A stretch of DNA of 64,000 nucleotides from Azolla caroliniana (lineage: Eukaryota; Plantae; Polypodiophyta): assembly GCA_043228905.1 (NCBI GenBank), contig JBHGNT010000009.1:18972001-19036000 (forward strand), read 5' to 3'. Positions 11,156-23,798 of the stretch are shown here, one piece after another. The notes below the pieces were generated by a model that had not been told where the DNA came from, did not search any database, and worked only from the letters and a program-made list of their open reading frames with translations. Within the stretch, counting starts at the first letter, position 1; each line of letters begins with the position of its first letter. Made by a program: the position numbers and the translations under genes.

Positions 11156-11971
11156 CACTGAACTCGTATGCCTCTGCGGGGAGATCTTTGTAACCGAGGA
11201 CTTCCTCCTCTGATATCTGCGTGGTTTGTCCATGCTCGATCGTACCGACTTGGAGCCATGACTCTGTTGGTACTATGTCCGTGGAGGTGAGGCTGGCCTC
11301 TTTTGATTTCTGACGTTGGTTGCCTTCGGTTTCTGTGGTTGCCTCTCGAATGATGCGGCGTCTTTTTGACGGCTGATCTTGTGCGTCCGGGGCCGGTGGT
11401 GTTGGCTCCTCGGCCTGTTTCCTCTTTTGTTGCCGGATGGCCGAGGGCTGCTGGCTTGTGGGCCGTGGGCTCGGTTGTGGAGAGGTCATTGATGTCCTTG
11501 GTGTCCTCTAGCGTATGTTGACATCCTCGGGGATGGCCTCATCCCATTCGACACGGGTTGCTGCATTGAACTCATATGCCTCTGCGGGGAGATCTTTGTA
11601 ACTGAGGACTTCCTCCTCTGATATCTGCGTGGTTTGTCCATGCTCGATCGTACCGACTTGGAGCCATGACTCCGCTGGTACTATGTCCGTGGAGGTGAGG
11701 TTGGCCTCTTTTGATTTCTGACGTTGGTCGCCTTCGGTTTCTGTGGTTGCCTCTCGAATGATGCGGCGTCTTTTTGACGGCTGATCTTGTGCGTCCGGGG
11801 CCGGTGGTGTTGGCTCCTCGGCCTGTTTCCTCTTTTGCTGCCGGATGGCCGAGGGCTGCTGGCTTGTGGGCTGTGGGCTTGGTTGTGGAGAGTTCATTGA
11901 TGTCCTTGGTGGCCTCTAGCGTATGTTGACATCCTCGGGGATGGCCTCATCCCATTCGACACGGGTTGCTG
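11156..11971. repeat. In-frame tandem duplication, 2 x 408 bp
   Basis: ORFs 11007-11489 and 11508-11897 start with nearly identical ~110-aa peptides; period 408 bp. Confidence 0.9.
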
Positions 11972-13171
11972 TTACTGCCCGTTGTTTTTGTGTTTTTGAT
12001 AGGGGGGCCGAGGCGGAAGCAGGGTTCCGAGCGCCTGCGGGAGGTGGAGAAGACGAGGGGTCTTCCCATTCTTCCTGGGTTATCTCCAACAGCTTCTCTC
12101 GTTGTTTCCTTGGTGGTGGTGGAGAGGCCAGGATGCGATGAGGGGAAACCAAAGGAGGTGGGTAGAGGATTGTAAGGAAGTGATTGATCACAGGCAACAA
12201 ACGCTTACCGGTTTGGAAGGATTCGAGCGCCGCACGGATTCCTGCACCTGTGATGATTCCCCAGTATATTTTGTTTCCCTCGTAGGCATAGATAATGATC
12301 GCCGCTTTGCTCTGTGGCATACTTGTAGGGTTGGTATGCACGAACGCATACTCCATCAGGATGCGAGCGAGTTTTCCGAATGCCTTGTTGGATCCACCGT
12401 AGGTGCAATAGGCTTTAACAGATATGGAATACACACCAAAGTATTCCTTCAGGTTCGTGGAAGGGGGAATCTCGACTTCATGATCACCTCCTCGCTTTAG
12501 CTCCAAGGCAGCATGAATCATATCGTTGGTGACTGTGTCTGGGTGAATTCGGCGTGTGACCGCTTGGGCATCAGGGTGTGCAGGGGCATCGATCACCTTT
12601 AAATAACCACCCAATCCTCGTTCCTGAAGCCAGGAGCGGGTTTACTATGAATCTGCAAGAGGCATAATGGACTCATGATTCTGTTGTGTGGAAGATTGGG
12701 GAAGGAGGATTCGACCAGGCCGAGACAGAGTGAGGGAAGGAGATGGTTGTGGTACGGCAGAGGGGCTACGAGGACAAGAGAGGGCTTGAAAGCGCTGAGA
12801 GGGAGAGGAGGCTTGAGAGCGTGGGAGTGATGAAAGTTGGGTGTGCAAGAAAACATCTGTATGTGGGGTGGGCTTGGGGTAACGGTGTTTTAGCGAACGC
12901 CTAGGGTTTTGTGCATAAAGAGGAGCCTGAAGATTCTTGGGCGTGGATGCCATAATAGGATATTACGGCCACGTGTCCTAGGGAGTTAGTGCTTTGCCTT
13001 GGATGCTGTGCATGTGCCATTAAATACTTAAGTGAATGTGAAAGTGACTAATGTGTGCCTCTAAACATGACGTGATTTGGGTGATGTGGTAGGTAGTGTA
13101 GGTGGAACTAACTAATTGCTAAAACTACGCCTAATCCTACCTAATGTCTACTTTGGAATGTTGGTGGGTTC

Positions 13172-15575
13172 TTACTGAGGGGGACGCGTGGCCTCCTTCG
13201 TGGCATTGTCCGTGCCGTGAGACTCGGCGAAAGGGTTGGCTGGGGTATTTCCCTGGTACGGTTGTAGTCGGAATCCATTCACCCAGCTTTTGACAATTTC
13301 CCTGGCGAGGGTGCCGAGCTGGAACATGCCGTTAAATTCGTCAATAATCCAGAAGGGGCCAGTCCATCGAAATCGTAACTTTCCTAGCACAGCACCGAGT
13401 CGCGTCTGGAAAACGAGGACCGGTTTGCCTATGGTCAGTTCTTGTCCCAATCCTTTCCGACGTTGGTCCACAAAGGCTTTCTGTTGTTGTTGGCGTTGTT
13501 CAAGTTGGGCCATGCTCGCTACTCGGTCCTCCCCAAGTTCAAGGAGTTGTTCCAGCCTCAATTGTTCAGATTGGGCATCGGGGAGCCGTGCTTTAACTTG
13601 AACTCGGAGACTCGGAGACTCAGAACTTGGAACTCAATGGGCATAATGGCTTCGAGACCAAAATCCATCCGAAAGGGGGTGGATTGAATGCTCGTTTTGA
13701 ATGTAGTGCGATAAGCCCATAGTGCACTCTGGAGCTTGTCATCCCAATCGGTGCGGTTTTCGTTGACGATCTTCTTCAGGATTGTTTGGAGAATTTTGTT
13801 AGTCGATTCTGCCAATCTGTTTGCCTGCGGGTAGTATGGTGTACTTTTGTTATGTACCACCGCGTAGTGTGTCGTAAGCTCGCGTATGATATGGTTTATA
13901 AAGTGACCACCTTGGTCACTAACGAGCTCAATTGGGCATCCATAACGGCACCAGAGATGTTCGTACACTAATTTGTCCGTGGATGTTGTTGTGTTGTCTC
14001 GTAAAGCCTTTGCCTCGACCCATTTTGTGCAGTAGTCCGTGGCCACGATGATATACTTATTACCGGTTCGGGCCGCGGCTGGTTTGAAGGGTCCCACAAA
14101 ATCTAACCCCCATTTTTGAAATGGTTCCAATGGAAGAATGGGTTGGTGTGGCATTCAAGCTTGTTCCATCGGTTGTCCCAACCGTTGGCACAAGTCGCAC
14201 TGTCGGCAGAAGTCGTGGGCATCCTTTTTTGTTGTAGGCCACCATAACTCACTCTGCCATACTTTCCTTGCCGTGGACTCTCCGGCGTAGTGTCCTCCGG
14301 CGATTCCTAGGTGGGCCTCTTGGAGGATGGCCTTCTTCTCGAATTGTCGAATGGCTTGACGCCATATTCCGTCCGAGCCTTTGTGGTAGAGGATGTCGGA
14401 AACGAGACAAAAGTTGCGGTTAAGTACTACGAGTCGTTTTCGTACATCGAGGGCCATGTGGTCGGGAGGCAAGCCAGTACTAAGGAAATGGTTCATCTCC
14501 GTGATCCATTCATCTTCTTTGTCTTCTAGCAGCGTTGTGAGATGAAATAGGCCGGCATCGGGTAAATCGTCATACGTGGGCTCGGTAGGGTCTCCTGACT
14601 CGAGGCAGCTTAGGTAGTCAGTGACGACGTGTTGGACTCCGGGTCGATGTTGTATATGAAAATCAAAATCTTGTAATAGGAGCATCCATCGAGCCAGTCA
14701 ACCTATCTGGGCTTGTTTATTGACCAGGTAATGGAGGGGCGAGTGATCGACATGAAATGTGAATTTTCGGCCTAAGAGGTAATGCCAAAATTGATTGATG
14801 TTGTAGATCATACCAAGGGCCTCTCGTTCGGTGGTTGAATAGTTCTTTTCCATGGCCGAGAGACGTCAGCTAGCATAATACACTGGATGATACCAAATTG
14901 GGGGCGTGCATTGCATAAGTGTGCTCCTCATGGCGATATCTGATGCGTCCACGAAGACGTGAAAAGGTTCTGACCATATTGGGGGTTGTACAACTGGGGC
15001 ATGCGAGAGCATTAATTTCAATCCTTGGTAAGCCTCTTCCTCGATTGAAGTCCATTGAAAGGGGAGTCGATGCACCGCCGCGTGTAGTGTTGTCGCGAAA
15101 TCGGCCAGGTGGCGTATCATTCGGCTGTGCCATCTGATTTGGCCCAGAAATCGGCTGAGGCCTTTTGCGTTCGAGGGTGCGGGGGCATTTAGGATGGCTT
15201 GTACTTTATCCGGGTCCATGGCGATACCTTCTTGACTTACGATATGCCCGAGTAGGTTGCCACTTGTGACCAAGAACGCGCATTTTGCCGGGTTTAAACT
15301 TAACCGAGCCTGGCGATATCGATCAAGACAGAGACGTAACTAGGTCATATGTTCTAGTCGCTGACCATATATGACGAAGTCATCGAGAAAGACTTGCATG
15401 AACATTGGGATATACTCGTTAAAAATTTCGGTGATGATGCGCTGGAACGTGGCCGACGCTGTTTTTAAACCGAACATCATTACTTCTGCCACGAAAACAC
15501 CCCATTCTGTGACAAATGTTGTTTTCTCCTGATCATCCGGGTGCATTCTGATTTGGTTGTAACCACTGAACCCGG
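13172..15575 (-). pseudogene. pol: Athila-like pol remnant (RT, RNase H, integrase); protease and RT N-term deleted
   Basis: GYNQI..TTFVTEWG..MMFGLK..FLDDF; VDASD; GHYAG..CRQCDLC; GLDFVGP; ATDYCTKWVEA; SDQG; YYPQAN; RWTGPF. Confidence 0.9.
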
Positions 15576-15599
15576 CCTGATCAGCAAGGTTCCCATTGA

Positions 15600-17483
15600 T
15601 TCAGGCCGAGTTTATGACAGGTAGCCTCGCTGATGACATTCACTCTCGAGCCGCCTTCGATTATGCACTCGGGCAGGTCCCTTCCTTTAATCATAATTGT
15701 TATGGTTGGATTCTACGCATCCATGAGGGGTGGACCTGTTCCTGGCTCGGTCAGGTGCACAGGTGGCGCGGTGGAATAGGTGTCCCGAAAACACGGCATG
15801 AGTGGTAAGAGTTTATGCAGAGGCAAGGAGATCCTAGAACTGGTAAGGGTGTCCCACAACTAGTCATCTTCTGTCAACGTGGATGGTGCCGAGGACTGTG
15901 TTGCTCCGATGGTCGTGTCTCCCATTTCTGTTTGCATCCGCACCACATGTTTGTTGGCCGTATCCATCCATTCTTTGGCTGCTTGCTGGACTTCATCATG
16001 TACTTGTCATGGGGTAGCCTAGGCTTTACTGGGTGTTGTGACGTTTTGCACATTGACCATAATACTATTTACGGCAGGAGCCTTTCCGCGGTCGGTTGTT
16101 GGGCATTGCATAGCGTAGTGACTGGGCAGGTTGCACTTGAAACAGGTAACGGAGGCCGAGTTGCTGGTGCCAGCCTGATCTCTGTGTGTGTAGGGGGGTG
16201 CGGTTGATTCCCGGCCTCGTGTGTTGGTGGGTTGGTCCAGGGCGCGTTCGAGCTGCGCGGTTCATTTTGCGGGGGTCCCCGACGACTGTTGTCGTTATTC
16301 CTTCTGTTGTTGTGTGATCCCCGGTGAGAGTTGCGCCGATCATTACGGGAATTTCTCTGATCGTATCGGTCATCCCAATCATCTTCATTCCGATCATAAT
16401 TGTCGTTTGCCCAATACTGGTCATCGTGATAGCGATCACGACGGTCGTCCGATCTCCGTCGGTTGTCGTCCCGATGGTAATCGTCGTCACGGCGCCGTCT
16501 ATCCGGGGTCATTGTTTATCCTGGTTCCGGTAGGACTGTCGCTCGTCCTGACGAGAGTATGTATCCCTGGGCTCGATCTAGCGAACCGGGGCCGTTTTTG
16601 TGCGGTTGACCATATTGTATTCACATTGCTCGACAGTGTGAGATTGGGACTGGCAGATCGGACATTGTGGCCTGTGAGGACATTCGAGGGCCAGATGGCC
16701 CGATCCCGAGCAAACTGTGCATTGGAGGGCTTGGCGAAAGCGATTGTCCTCTTGGTGAAGGGTGCTTTGCAGTGAACTCATAGAGAAAGTTGTGCTTTGC
16801 TGAGTCCGATCGAGGGCGAGGACGTGCGCTATGACTTGCTTGATCATTTGGTTGGCAAAATTAGTAAGTGCGAGAGTCGTCCGTAGAGGCTCCCGTAAGT
16901 TGGACAGGAATGCGTCTGGAATGTGTTGTGCAGAGACATCGTCAGCCACTTGTCTTTAGAGATCCCGGAACCGGATCGTGAACTGTGCGACGGTCTCGTG
17001 CGGTTCTTCTCGCATGGAAAATAACTATCGGAGCAATTCTCGTTTGGGCACCTCGCGATGGAACAGTTCTAGGAACTGCGTGCGAACGTCGTGGAAGGTG
17101 AAAAACTCCCTTGCGTCGAGGCGAGAATACCATTGCGCAGCTGGTCCATCGAGGGAGAGCGTAAACTCGGCAATTTTTGAGGCCTCCATTTCCGCAGGCA
17201 AGAGTTGCTATGTTGAGTGGTTGGCCTACCAGGTGGACACGAAGGCACGGATGTGTGACTCCGCGTCGGGGCTGTAGGTGTATCGTGGGTAAGGATACGG
17301 CATGGTATTGAATTCGGGGTCTTCCGGTAAAACCGGAAAAGGGTTAGGGTCAGGGTGGGTGACCTCTAGAGGGCTTGGTGGAGAGGTTGGTGTGGACTCA
17401 ACTTGCGACCGAGTAGCAGGTGGCAAGGATTGCAACCGGTGAGCCTCCGATATTTCTGGGAAAGACTGGTCCGTGACCGCCAA
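15600..17483 (-). pseudogene. gag: gag remnant with two CCHC knuckles and an Arg/Asp-rich tract
   Basis: CTVCSGSGHLALEC and CPICQSQSHTVEQC; homologous to ORF 43686-44585. Confidence 0.8.
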
Positions 17484-17608
17484 GTCGAAAGTTCCTTCGA
17501 CTGGCTCAGGGCATTGTCCAGATGGCCGAGACCGCTTGGTGCGATTGGGCGCCGTAATGGCGGTTGAAGGTTGTCTTCAACGTAGTTCGCTGTGATCTCA
17601 CAGCTGTA

Positions 17609-17621
17609 ACCGGGCGTGCCA
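17609..17621 (-). other. 5' PBS of Dual-PBS-1 (TGGCACGCCCGGT; tRNA-Arg UCU-like)
   Basis: Plus strand ACCGGGCGTGCCA, 5 nt from the 5' LTR. Confidence 0.8.
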
Positions 17622-17626
17622 AATTG

Positions 17627-18064
17627 TGTGAACCGTTCTATTGGAAACACCTTCGATATGCCTACAAGCTATCGGTATCAAGGGAAGTGTAATGTGAAGA
17701 CTTGTGCATGGAGGCATCGTTAGGGGAAGAAAACGGAGAGGCTACTTGGAATAGAGCCCAAGTTGTATACGTAGTTGAGACCTTAGAAATGACGGCACAC
17801 AGATGAAAACAACAAGAGCTAATAGATATGTATTATTGCAAACAGTTAGCGATGATTACGAAAACACGGCCCACAGCCGGTGACCTTACAAAGCTCTTAT
17901 AACTATGAAACGATCTCGCCTAGGCTCTAGATATCTCTCTCTCACCGAGGTACGCAGACTGTGAGGCTTGAAACTCGGCGTTTACCTAACTCTACCTTAC
18001 CTACTCGCCTTACCTACCGGTGTATTACATTTAACTAATTTATATTTTTGGCCTATGGACAACA
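17627..18064 (-). repeat. 5' LTR of Dual-PBS-1
   Basis: Direct repeat of 8138-8624. Confidence 0.93.
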
Positions 18065-18260
18065 ACCAATAGCAGGGAAACGGGTCAAGATCTTCAAAAA
18101 GCGACACGACAAGGAGCCAAACCTCGATGACCTTGACGAAGATAAAGGCGAGCAAAAAACAAGCCATGGGTTCAATGAGGAGGAGGAACTGAACTATTGA
18201 CCACCCTTAGCCCGCCATTCTTGGCACATACCGGAGGATGTGCGGTTTGGTGGGGGTGGA

Positions 18261-20039
18261 TGACGTGATGTGGCGTGCTCGAGAGTGGGAAAACCGGCGA
18301 AAGGGGGGGTCAAAATGTGCATGTGCAATGTGTGTGCACACAAAGGCGATTAATTGTGCATATGCAAAATAAAAGGGAAAAGAAAGGGTGGAAAGGAGGT
18401 ATAGAAGCTCGTGCAAAAAGTAAGAGAGAGGAGAGATAAAAGGTAGAGGGGAGATAGTCTATGAATTTATAGAGGTAGAATCGTATATTATACAAGAGAG
18501 ACTTAATGGGCTAGTGGATTGTCACATTGACTTCTAGCTAGAGGCGCACGGTTCAAATCTAGTCTTATAGTGCAATGTGATTTGAGGAATTTTATTCCTT
18601 TTTTGCATTAAAGACAAAATTGGCGACCTCCCCTTCCTTTTTTCCTATGAAAGGAGGTCGATGGGAGCTCATTCGGGGAGGATGTTTTGGGAGGAGACTA
18701 TCGCCAATTTTCTTTCGGAGCTCTTCATCTTCTTATTCACCACTTCTCTTCATCTCATACCGCTTCACCCCCCACCGCCACGCGCTCGTCTTCTTCGCGT
18801 CAGCACTCGAAGTGCTCGTGAGCTGAAGCTTCGTTGGTTCGACATTGCTCTGCCCCTTTCGTGTTGCGAGCCCGTGTGCTCACCGTTCGGGTGGTCGTGG
18901 TTCGTTGGGATTGGCATTTTGGTGGTGCTCGTGTGTTCATCTTCGTCGTGTTTGGTTTTGCTCTTGTCTCTAAGGGCATTTAGTATTTATGTTTTGATCG
19001 AGCTTGTGGTTAACTATAAGTTGCAATTATAATCAAACCCTATTTTATAAAGGGTCCTCTTGCGTTGGAATCAAACACGTATTTATTGCTTTGGCCGATA
19101 TCATTCGTGTTTCTTTCTTTCCTTCTTTCATTGTTCGTGACTTCCTTGTACGTTCGGCCGTCTTGTGACGAGGGACCGTTTCAGGCTTGCCCATGCACCT
19201 CTCCTCCTCATAAAGGCGTACGAGCATTTGTGTGTGTGTTTGTGTCTTCCTTGTACATTCGGCCGTCTTGTGACGAGGGAGCGTTTCGGGCGTGCCCATG
19301 CACCTCTCCTCCTCATAAAGACGTATGATCATTTGTGCGTGTGTTTGTGTCTTCCCTGTACGTTCGGCCGTCTTGTGAGGAGGGAGTGTTTTGGGCTTGC
19401 CCATGCACCTCTCCTCCTCATGAAGGTGTACGAGCATTTCGCGCGTGTGTTTGTGTCTTCCTTGTACGTTCGGTCATCTCGTGACGAGGGAGCGTTCAGG
19501 CTTCCCCATGCACCTCTCCTCCTCATAAAGGCGTACAAGCATTTTGTGTGTGTGTTTGTGTCTTCCTTGTACGTTCGGTCGTCTTGTGACCAAGGAGCGT
19601 TTCGGGCGTGCCCATGCACCTCTCCTCCTCATAAAGGCATACAAGCATTTATGCGTGTGTTTTGTGTGTTCCTCGTACGTTCGACATCTTGTGACGAGGG
19701 AGCGTTCGGGCGGGCCCATGCACCTCTCCTCCTCATAAAGACGTATGGGCATTCATGTTTGTGTTATTGTCCCCTTGTGCGTTCATCTTGCGTGCTCATC
19801 TTGATTGTACCCGTTTGATCAGTTGGCTCGTGCGGTGATCTTGAAAGGTCGACGAGTCGTGATCAACGAGAGCCACCGGACTCACAAAATAAAGGGCAAT
19901 GAGACCTTGCTCGGGAAGGGGTTAGGAAGTAGTATTGTCGTAAAGCAAACCTCGGGTCTTCTGTATCCCTTGAGTACTCCCTAGTCCAAGACCCCCGTGG
20001 TCCTACCCAAGTAACACGCGCGCGCGAAACTTCGTTACA
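18261..20039 (+). repeat. Long (~1.8 kb) 3' LTR of element A
   Basis: Follows the PPT; ends with the group's terminal motif GTCCAAGACCCCCGTGGTCC..CACGCG..ACA. Confidence 0.75.
19128..19785. repeat. Tandem array of about six 105-106 bp units inside the LTR
   Basis: Unit starts at about 19141, 19246, 19351, 19457, 19562 and 19668; core CCCATGCACCTCTCCTCCTCATAAAG. Confidence 0.93.
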
Positions 20040-22199
20040 CTGACATGTGACTTCGTGTCGACTTGACACACATGGGTATGCACCAGCTCCAGTGGTGCAT
20101 TACGTCTCATCGGTGGCCTTGAGTGGAAGGAGGTTCGGTTTTGCTTACCAGCCAGGCAGTTAGTGCACTTCTCAAGATGCACGTCTTTCACTGGAATAAG
20201 TTTGTCATCGACAAGTCTCTTCATCCCCTTCTCGCTCATGTGACACGGTCTCTTGTGCCACAGCTCACCGGAAGTGTTGAATGCAACATTCACTTCTTTC
20301 GGACATATCCGGGCATTCATCAAATACAGTTTTTTGACCTTCTGGGCTCAAACCACTATTAGGCTCCCCTTGCAGAACATCATGACACTGTTTCGGATGC
20401 TACCCGTGTAGACTTCATCATCTAACCGACCGGCTGATATCAGGTTCAGTCGAACCTCCGGAACGTGTCGGACATCCTTCAACAGCAACTTGCATCCGGT
20501 AGGCGTTGTCAGCCACACGTCTCCTATGCCGACAATTCGGCATGTACCTTCATTCCCAATCCGGACACAGCCGTTCTCACCGGTTGTGTAGGATGAGAAG
20601 CATTTCCGGTTCGGGGTTAGGTGGAACGACGCTCCGAAATCAACAACCCACGTTGTCTCCTCGCCGGCAATGTTCAACTCACTCTCCTCAGTGATGAGCA
20701 TCAACTCTTCTTCACTTGTCGCGATTGCCGTCATTCCCTTCCGGTCCGGTCCCCTCCGGTCTTTACCGTTTCGGTCTGGTGACTGCTTTAAATCGGTACT
20801 TTCGGTTTCTTAATCTTTTCAAAAATGCCGACAGTTCTTCTGGAAGTGCCGGGGCTTCCCACAATAGAAGCAAGTGGGCCTTCCTCTTGACTTTGACTGT
20901 GTCCCCGACTTTTCCCGGTTTTGGGGACTCTGGTTCCTTTGTCTTCTGCGTTCCGATTCGTTAAGGAACGCTTTGGAGTCGGAGCTCATATCCTTGTCTA
21001 TCCGACATGCCTTTTCATCTAGCAAGCTCGAATTGACTCTTGCTAGGGATGAATGTTTTCCTTCCGGCCCGGCGTTGCCCAAAGTGAGAACTAACGTCTC
21101 CCAACTATCCGGGAGGGAACCGAGCAGGAGTAGAGCAAGTACCTCATCGGCGAGAGGTACTTCCAACGATGTTGCATGGTGAATCAGCCCCTCGAAGGCA
21201 TTCATGTGCTCCGCAATGCTGGAGCCATCTTGGTACCGAAGCCGCACTAGCTTCCGGAATACCAAAACCCAATTAACAGCATCCTTGTTCTGAAACATAA
21301 TGTCGATCTTCTCCCAGAGCTCATGAGCCTTACTCTCCTCATTAAAGTTGTTGTACAAGCTCATGTCGATGAAGCACCGTATGTACGCCGTTTTCTTCAT
21401 GTGCATCACCTCCCATATCGTGACATCGATCATGTCCGGTATCTTGTCCCCGAACTGAACCAGCAACCAAAGATCTTTAACCATGAGTATGTCCCTCATC
21501 TTGGACTTCCACACTGAGTAGTTGGAGCCGGTGAGCTTGAACATGCCTCCCAATGAATCTTCCATTTTTCTGTGTCATTTCGCTCTGATTCCAGATTAAC
21601 GTGAAATATGTGGAATATTACTCTGCCACAACCGAGTCTCAGATCGTGTTGTTTAGAATCGAACACTGAGAATGGGAATGGAGGTGAAAAACACGTACAC
21701 ACAGACAATATGAGACAAGGTACACAGTATGTTTGCGTGGAAAACCCTAAATGGGAAAAACCACGGCAGTCCACAAACTCCAACTATCACTATGTCAAGA
21801 AGAATACAACAGGGGGCATAAAGGCAACGACCTCTTGCTCACAATCTTCGCCTGGCAGCGGTTACAATAGATAATTGCTCTGTATCTCTCTCTCGGCTAC
21901 ACTCTGTACAACAATTACACCAATAACTCTATACAAAATAATGACAACTCAAATAATACAGCAACAACATCCTCTGTTTGCCCTAGGTCATATTTATACT
22001 AATATGACTTTTGGGCTATTTACAAATGTAGCCTCAATGGCTACCAGAGACATATTTACATATATGTCCCTTCATCCGGTGAGAGGTTCTCACCGGGCCT
22101 ATGTCATCCAGTTCTCACCGGGTCTTCCTTGCCAAGTACTCATCATCCGGTTCTCACTAGGTCCTCCTCATCCCATCCAGAGGGACCGAAATCCTAACA
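20040..22199 (-). mobile_element. 5' part of a degraded copia family B element (LTR about 21596-22199, degenerate PBS 21582-21593, gag 20819-21565, protease, INT start), cut by element A
   Basis: PBS TGGAATCAGAGC; KLTGSNYSVWK; LLLGSLPDSWE; CFYCGKPRH..C; WVVDFGAS; LELVHT. Confidence 0.88.
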
Positions 22200-22205
22200 C
22201 AGGAC

Positions 22206-22648
22206 TGTAAAGAATTAGGTAATTAATTAAGCAAGGGTTAATTAGTACCTGATTAAATGATTAGTTGATAAGCGGAAGATTAAGTGATATATGTGTGTAC
22301 GTGTGTGAGAGGGAGAGAGAGAGAAGTACACTTATGAGCAATACAAGATGGGGGATGATTAACTCTATATTAAATTAGCATTATCATCATCAAATACAAA
22401 AATAACCACAATGAGGTATATATACATCTCATGTGCAAAGGTGCACATGTGTGAGTAGAATATAGATGCTAATGTGTAAGTCCTATATTAAATGTACTTA
22501 GGAGTGGAGGATCTAGAATATCCCACTTAAGTACGAGGTCCTATTTAAGGCGTTATAGTCAACACTTCTAACTAGATTCTATCTAGGTAACTACGAAGTT
22601 ACATGGTTGACTAACTAACTAAACTAAGTTTAGCTTGATCTCTCAACA
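22206..22648 (-). repeat. Terminal LTR of Copia C
   Basis: Direct repeat of 39727-40169. Confidence 0.93.
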
Positions 22649-23798
22649 ACGACACACACCTCATTCGTAGTACAACCATATTCCTCTTCTTGGGTGGGTG
22701 TGCAGTCTGCTTAATGATATCTATATACACACCTCATTCTTTGTACAACCATGCTCCTCTTCTTAGGTCAAATACACATTCCCTGCGGACTCCTCATATA
22801 AGTCACCTCGTTCTTTGTCCACTTCTGCTCCCCGTTTTGGGTGATTTCACATTCCTCATGTGTGGTAGTCTCTCAGCCTGAATCATCAAGATTGCTCCAT
22901 ATACTACCTGAATCATCCGATGGTATTTGGGAATCTCCATGTTCTTCTTCACCTAAATAACATAGAGGGATACAAGAACAATATCAATTCACATTCTTAA
23001 AAAGTGAAGGAACCTAGCCATATCAATTAACATACAAGGTTACGGTACAAACATTTACCTATTGTTACATCTTTGTGTTTGTCATGTGCTCGGAGACTTG
23101 GTTTGCATTGGCATCATACTCGTTATTATTGCGTGAGATGGTGCCAATATCAGGTGGAGGCTCTTTATCATGACAAGATTTCACAACACTTTCTGTATAT
23201 TACACCAATACCATCAGAATTAGAATTAGAATTAGAATTAGAATTTTTATTGTCCATAAAGAGGCCAATTTTGACCTATGGGATCAGAGTATACATGTGT
23301 TCTTGATATATGTCTCCTTCCTAAGAAGGGGTATTTATATGTGTAGAGAAACGCATGGAATATCGCTCGGCCACAACCGAGGAGTAAATCACTTCTATAA
23401 GAGCCAAAGGCAGAAATGGGAAGTGGAGAGCACACAAGAAAAATGACACAAGATGTTTACGTAGAAAACCCTAATAGGGAAAAACCACGGGAGCCCACAG
23501 ACTCCGAATTATCATTATAAAGAGAAGGCGTACAATCAGAGACTCGGAGGCAACGGCCTCAAGCTCTGTTTCTTCGAAAAGTGGCGGTTACAATAGAGTA
23601 TCGCTCTGTATCTCTCTCTAACTCCCTCTCACTCTATCGCTCACTCTATACAACGGTTACAACAACAACCATACTAAAGTGATTTCCCTAAGTCATATTT
23701 ATACTTATATGAACATAGGGCTATTTACAAATATAGCCTCAATGGGCTTACTCAGAAACATATTTACCGATATGTCTTCTACATCCGGTTCTCACCGG
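22649..23798. repeat. Duplicate copy of the flank 40170-41314
   Basis: Colinear with substitutions and small indels; includes part of a family B LTR (about 23340-23798). Confidence 0.92.

Larger units (their letters stand above)
8902..12953 (-). pseudogene. Extra ORF region 3' of integrase, sense to pol: globular N-part, Pro/Gln/Lys-Arg-rich linker, coiled-coil C-part
   Basis: ORF pieces 11916-12614, 11508-11897, 11007-11489, 10179-10421 and 8909-9763; broken by stops, a duplication and a solo LTR. Confidence 0.65.
8138..18064 (-). mobile_element. Athila/Tat-like Ty3/gypsy element (Dual-PBS-1) with extra 3' ORF region; degraded
   Basis: LTRs 8138-8624 and 17627-18064; TSD ATCAA/ACCAA; gag, RT, RH and INT remnants on minus. 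Confidence 0.92.
5347..20039 (+). mobile_element. Degraded Trp-group Ty3/gypsy element A (RT end, RNase H, integrase, PPT, 3' LTR), split by two insertions
   Basis: Pol fragments at 5347-7253, 7958-8137 and 18065-18200 rejoin across TSDs (..THRLR|RRKIK.., ..GTKLV|PIAGKRVKIFKKR); PPT GGTGGGGGTGGA at about 18249-18260. Confidence 0.88.

Noticed and set aside
8138-18064. Reading the element as plus-oriented with antisense gag-pol
   Set aside because: The coding strand, TATA-like motifs and a PBS next to the gag-side LTR all indicate minus orientation, and no PPT exists at the right end either. Bidirectional use remains only a hypothesis.
18499-18570. Functional tRNA gene (also 48000-48068)
   Set aside because: Acceptor and anticodon stems do not pair convincingly; kept only as an A/B-box-like observation.
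19128-19785. Regular repeats as a CRISPR array or repeat-protein gene
   Set aside because: Whole units repeat with no unique spacers, there are no cas genes, and the array lies in an LTR. The ORFs arise from the 105-bp period and shift frame at the 106-bp units.
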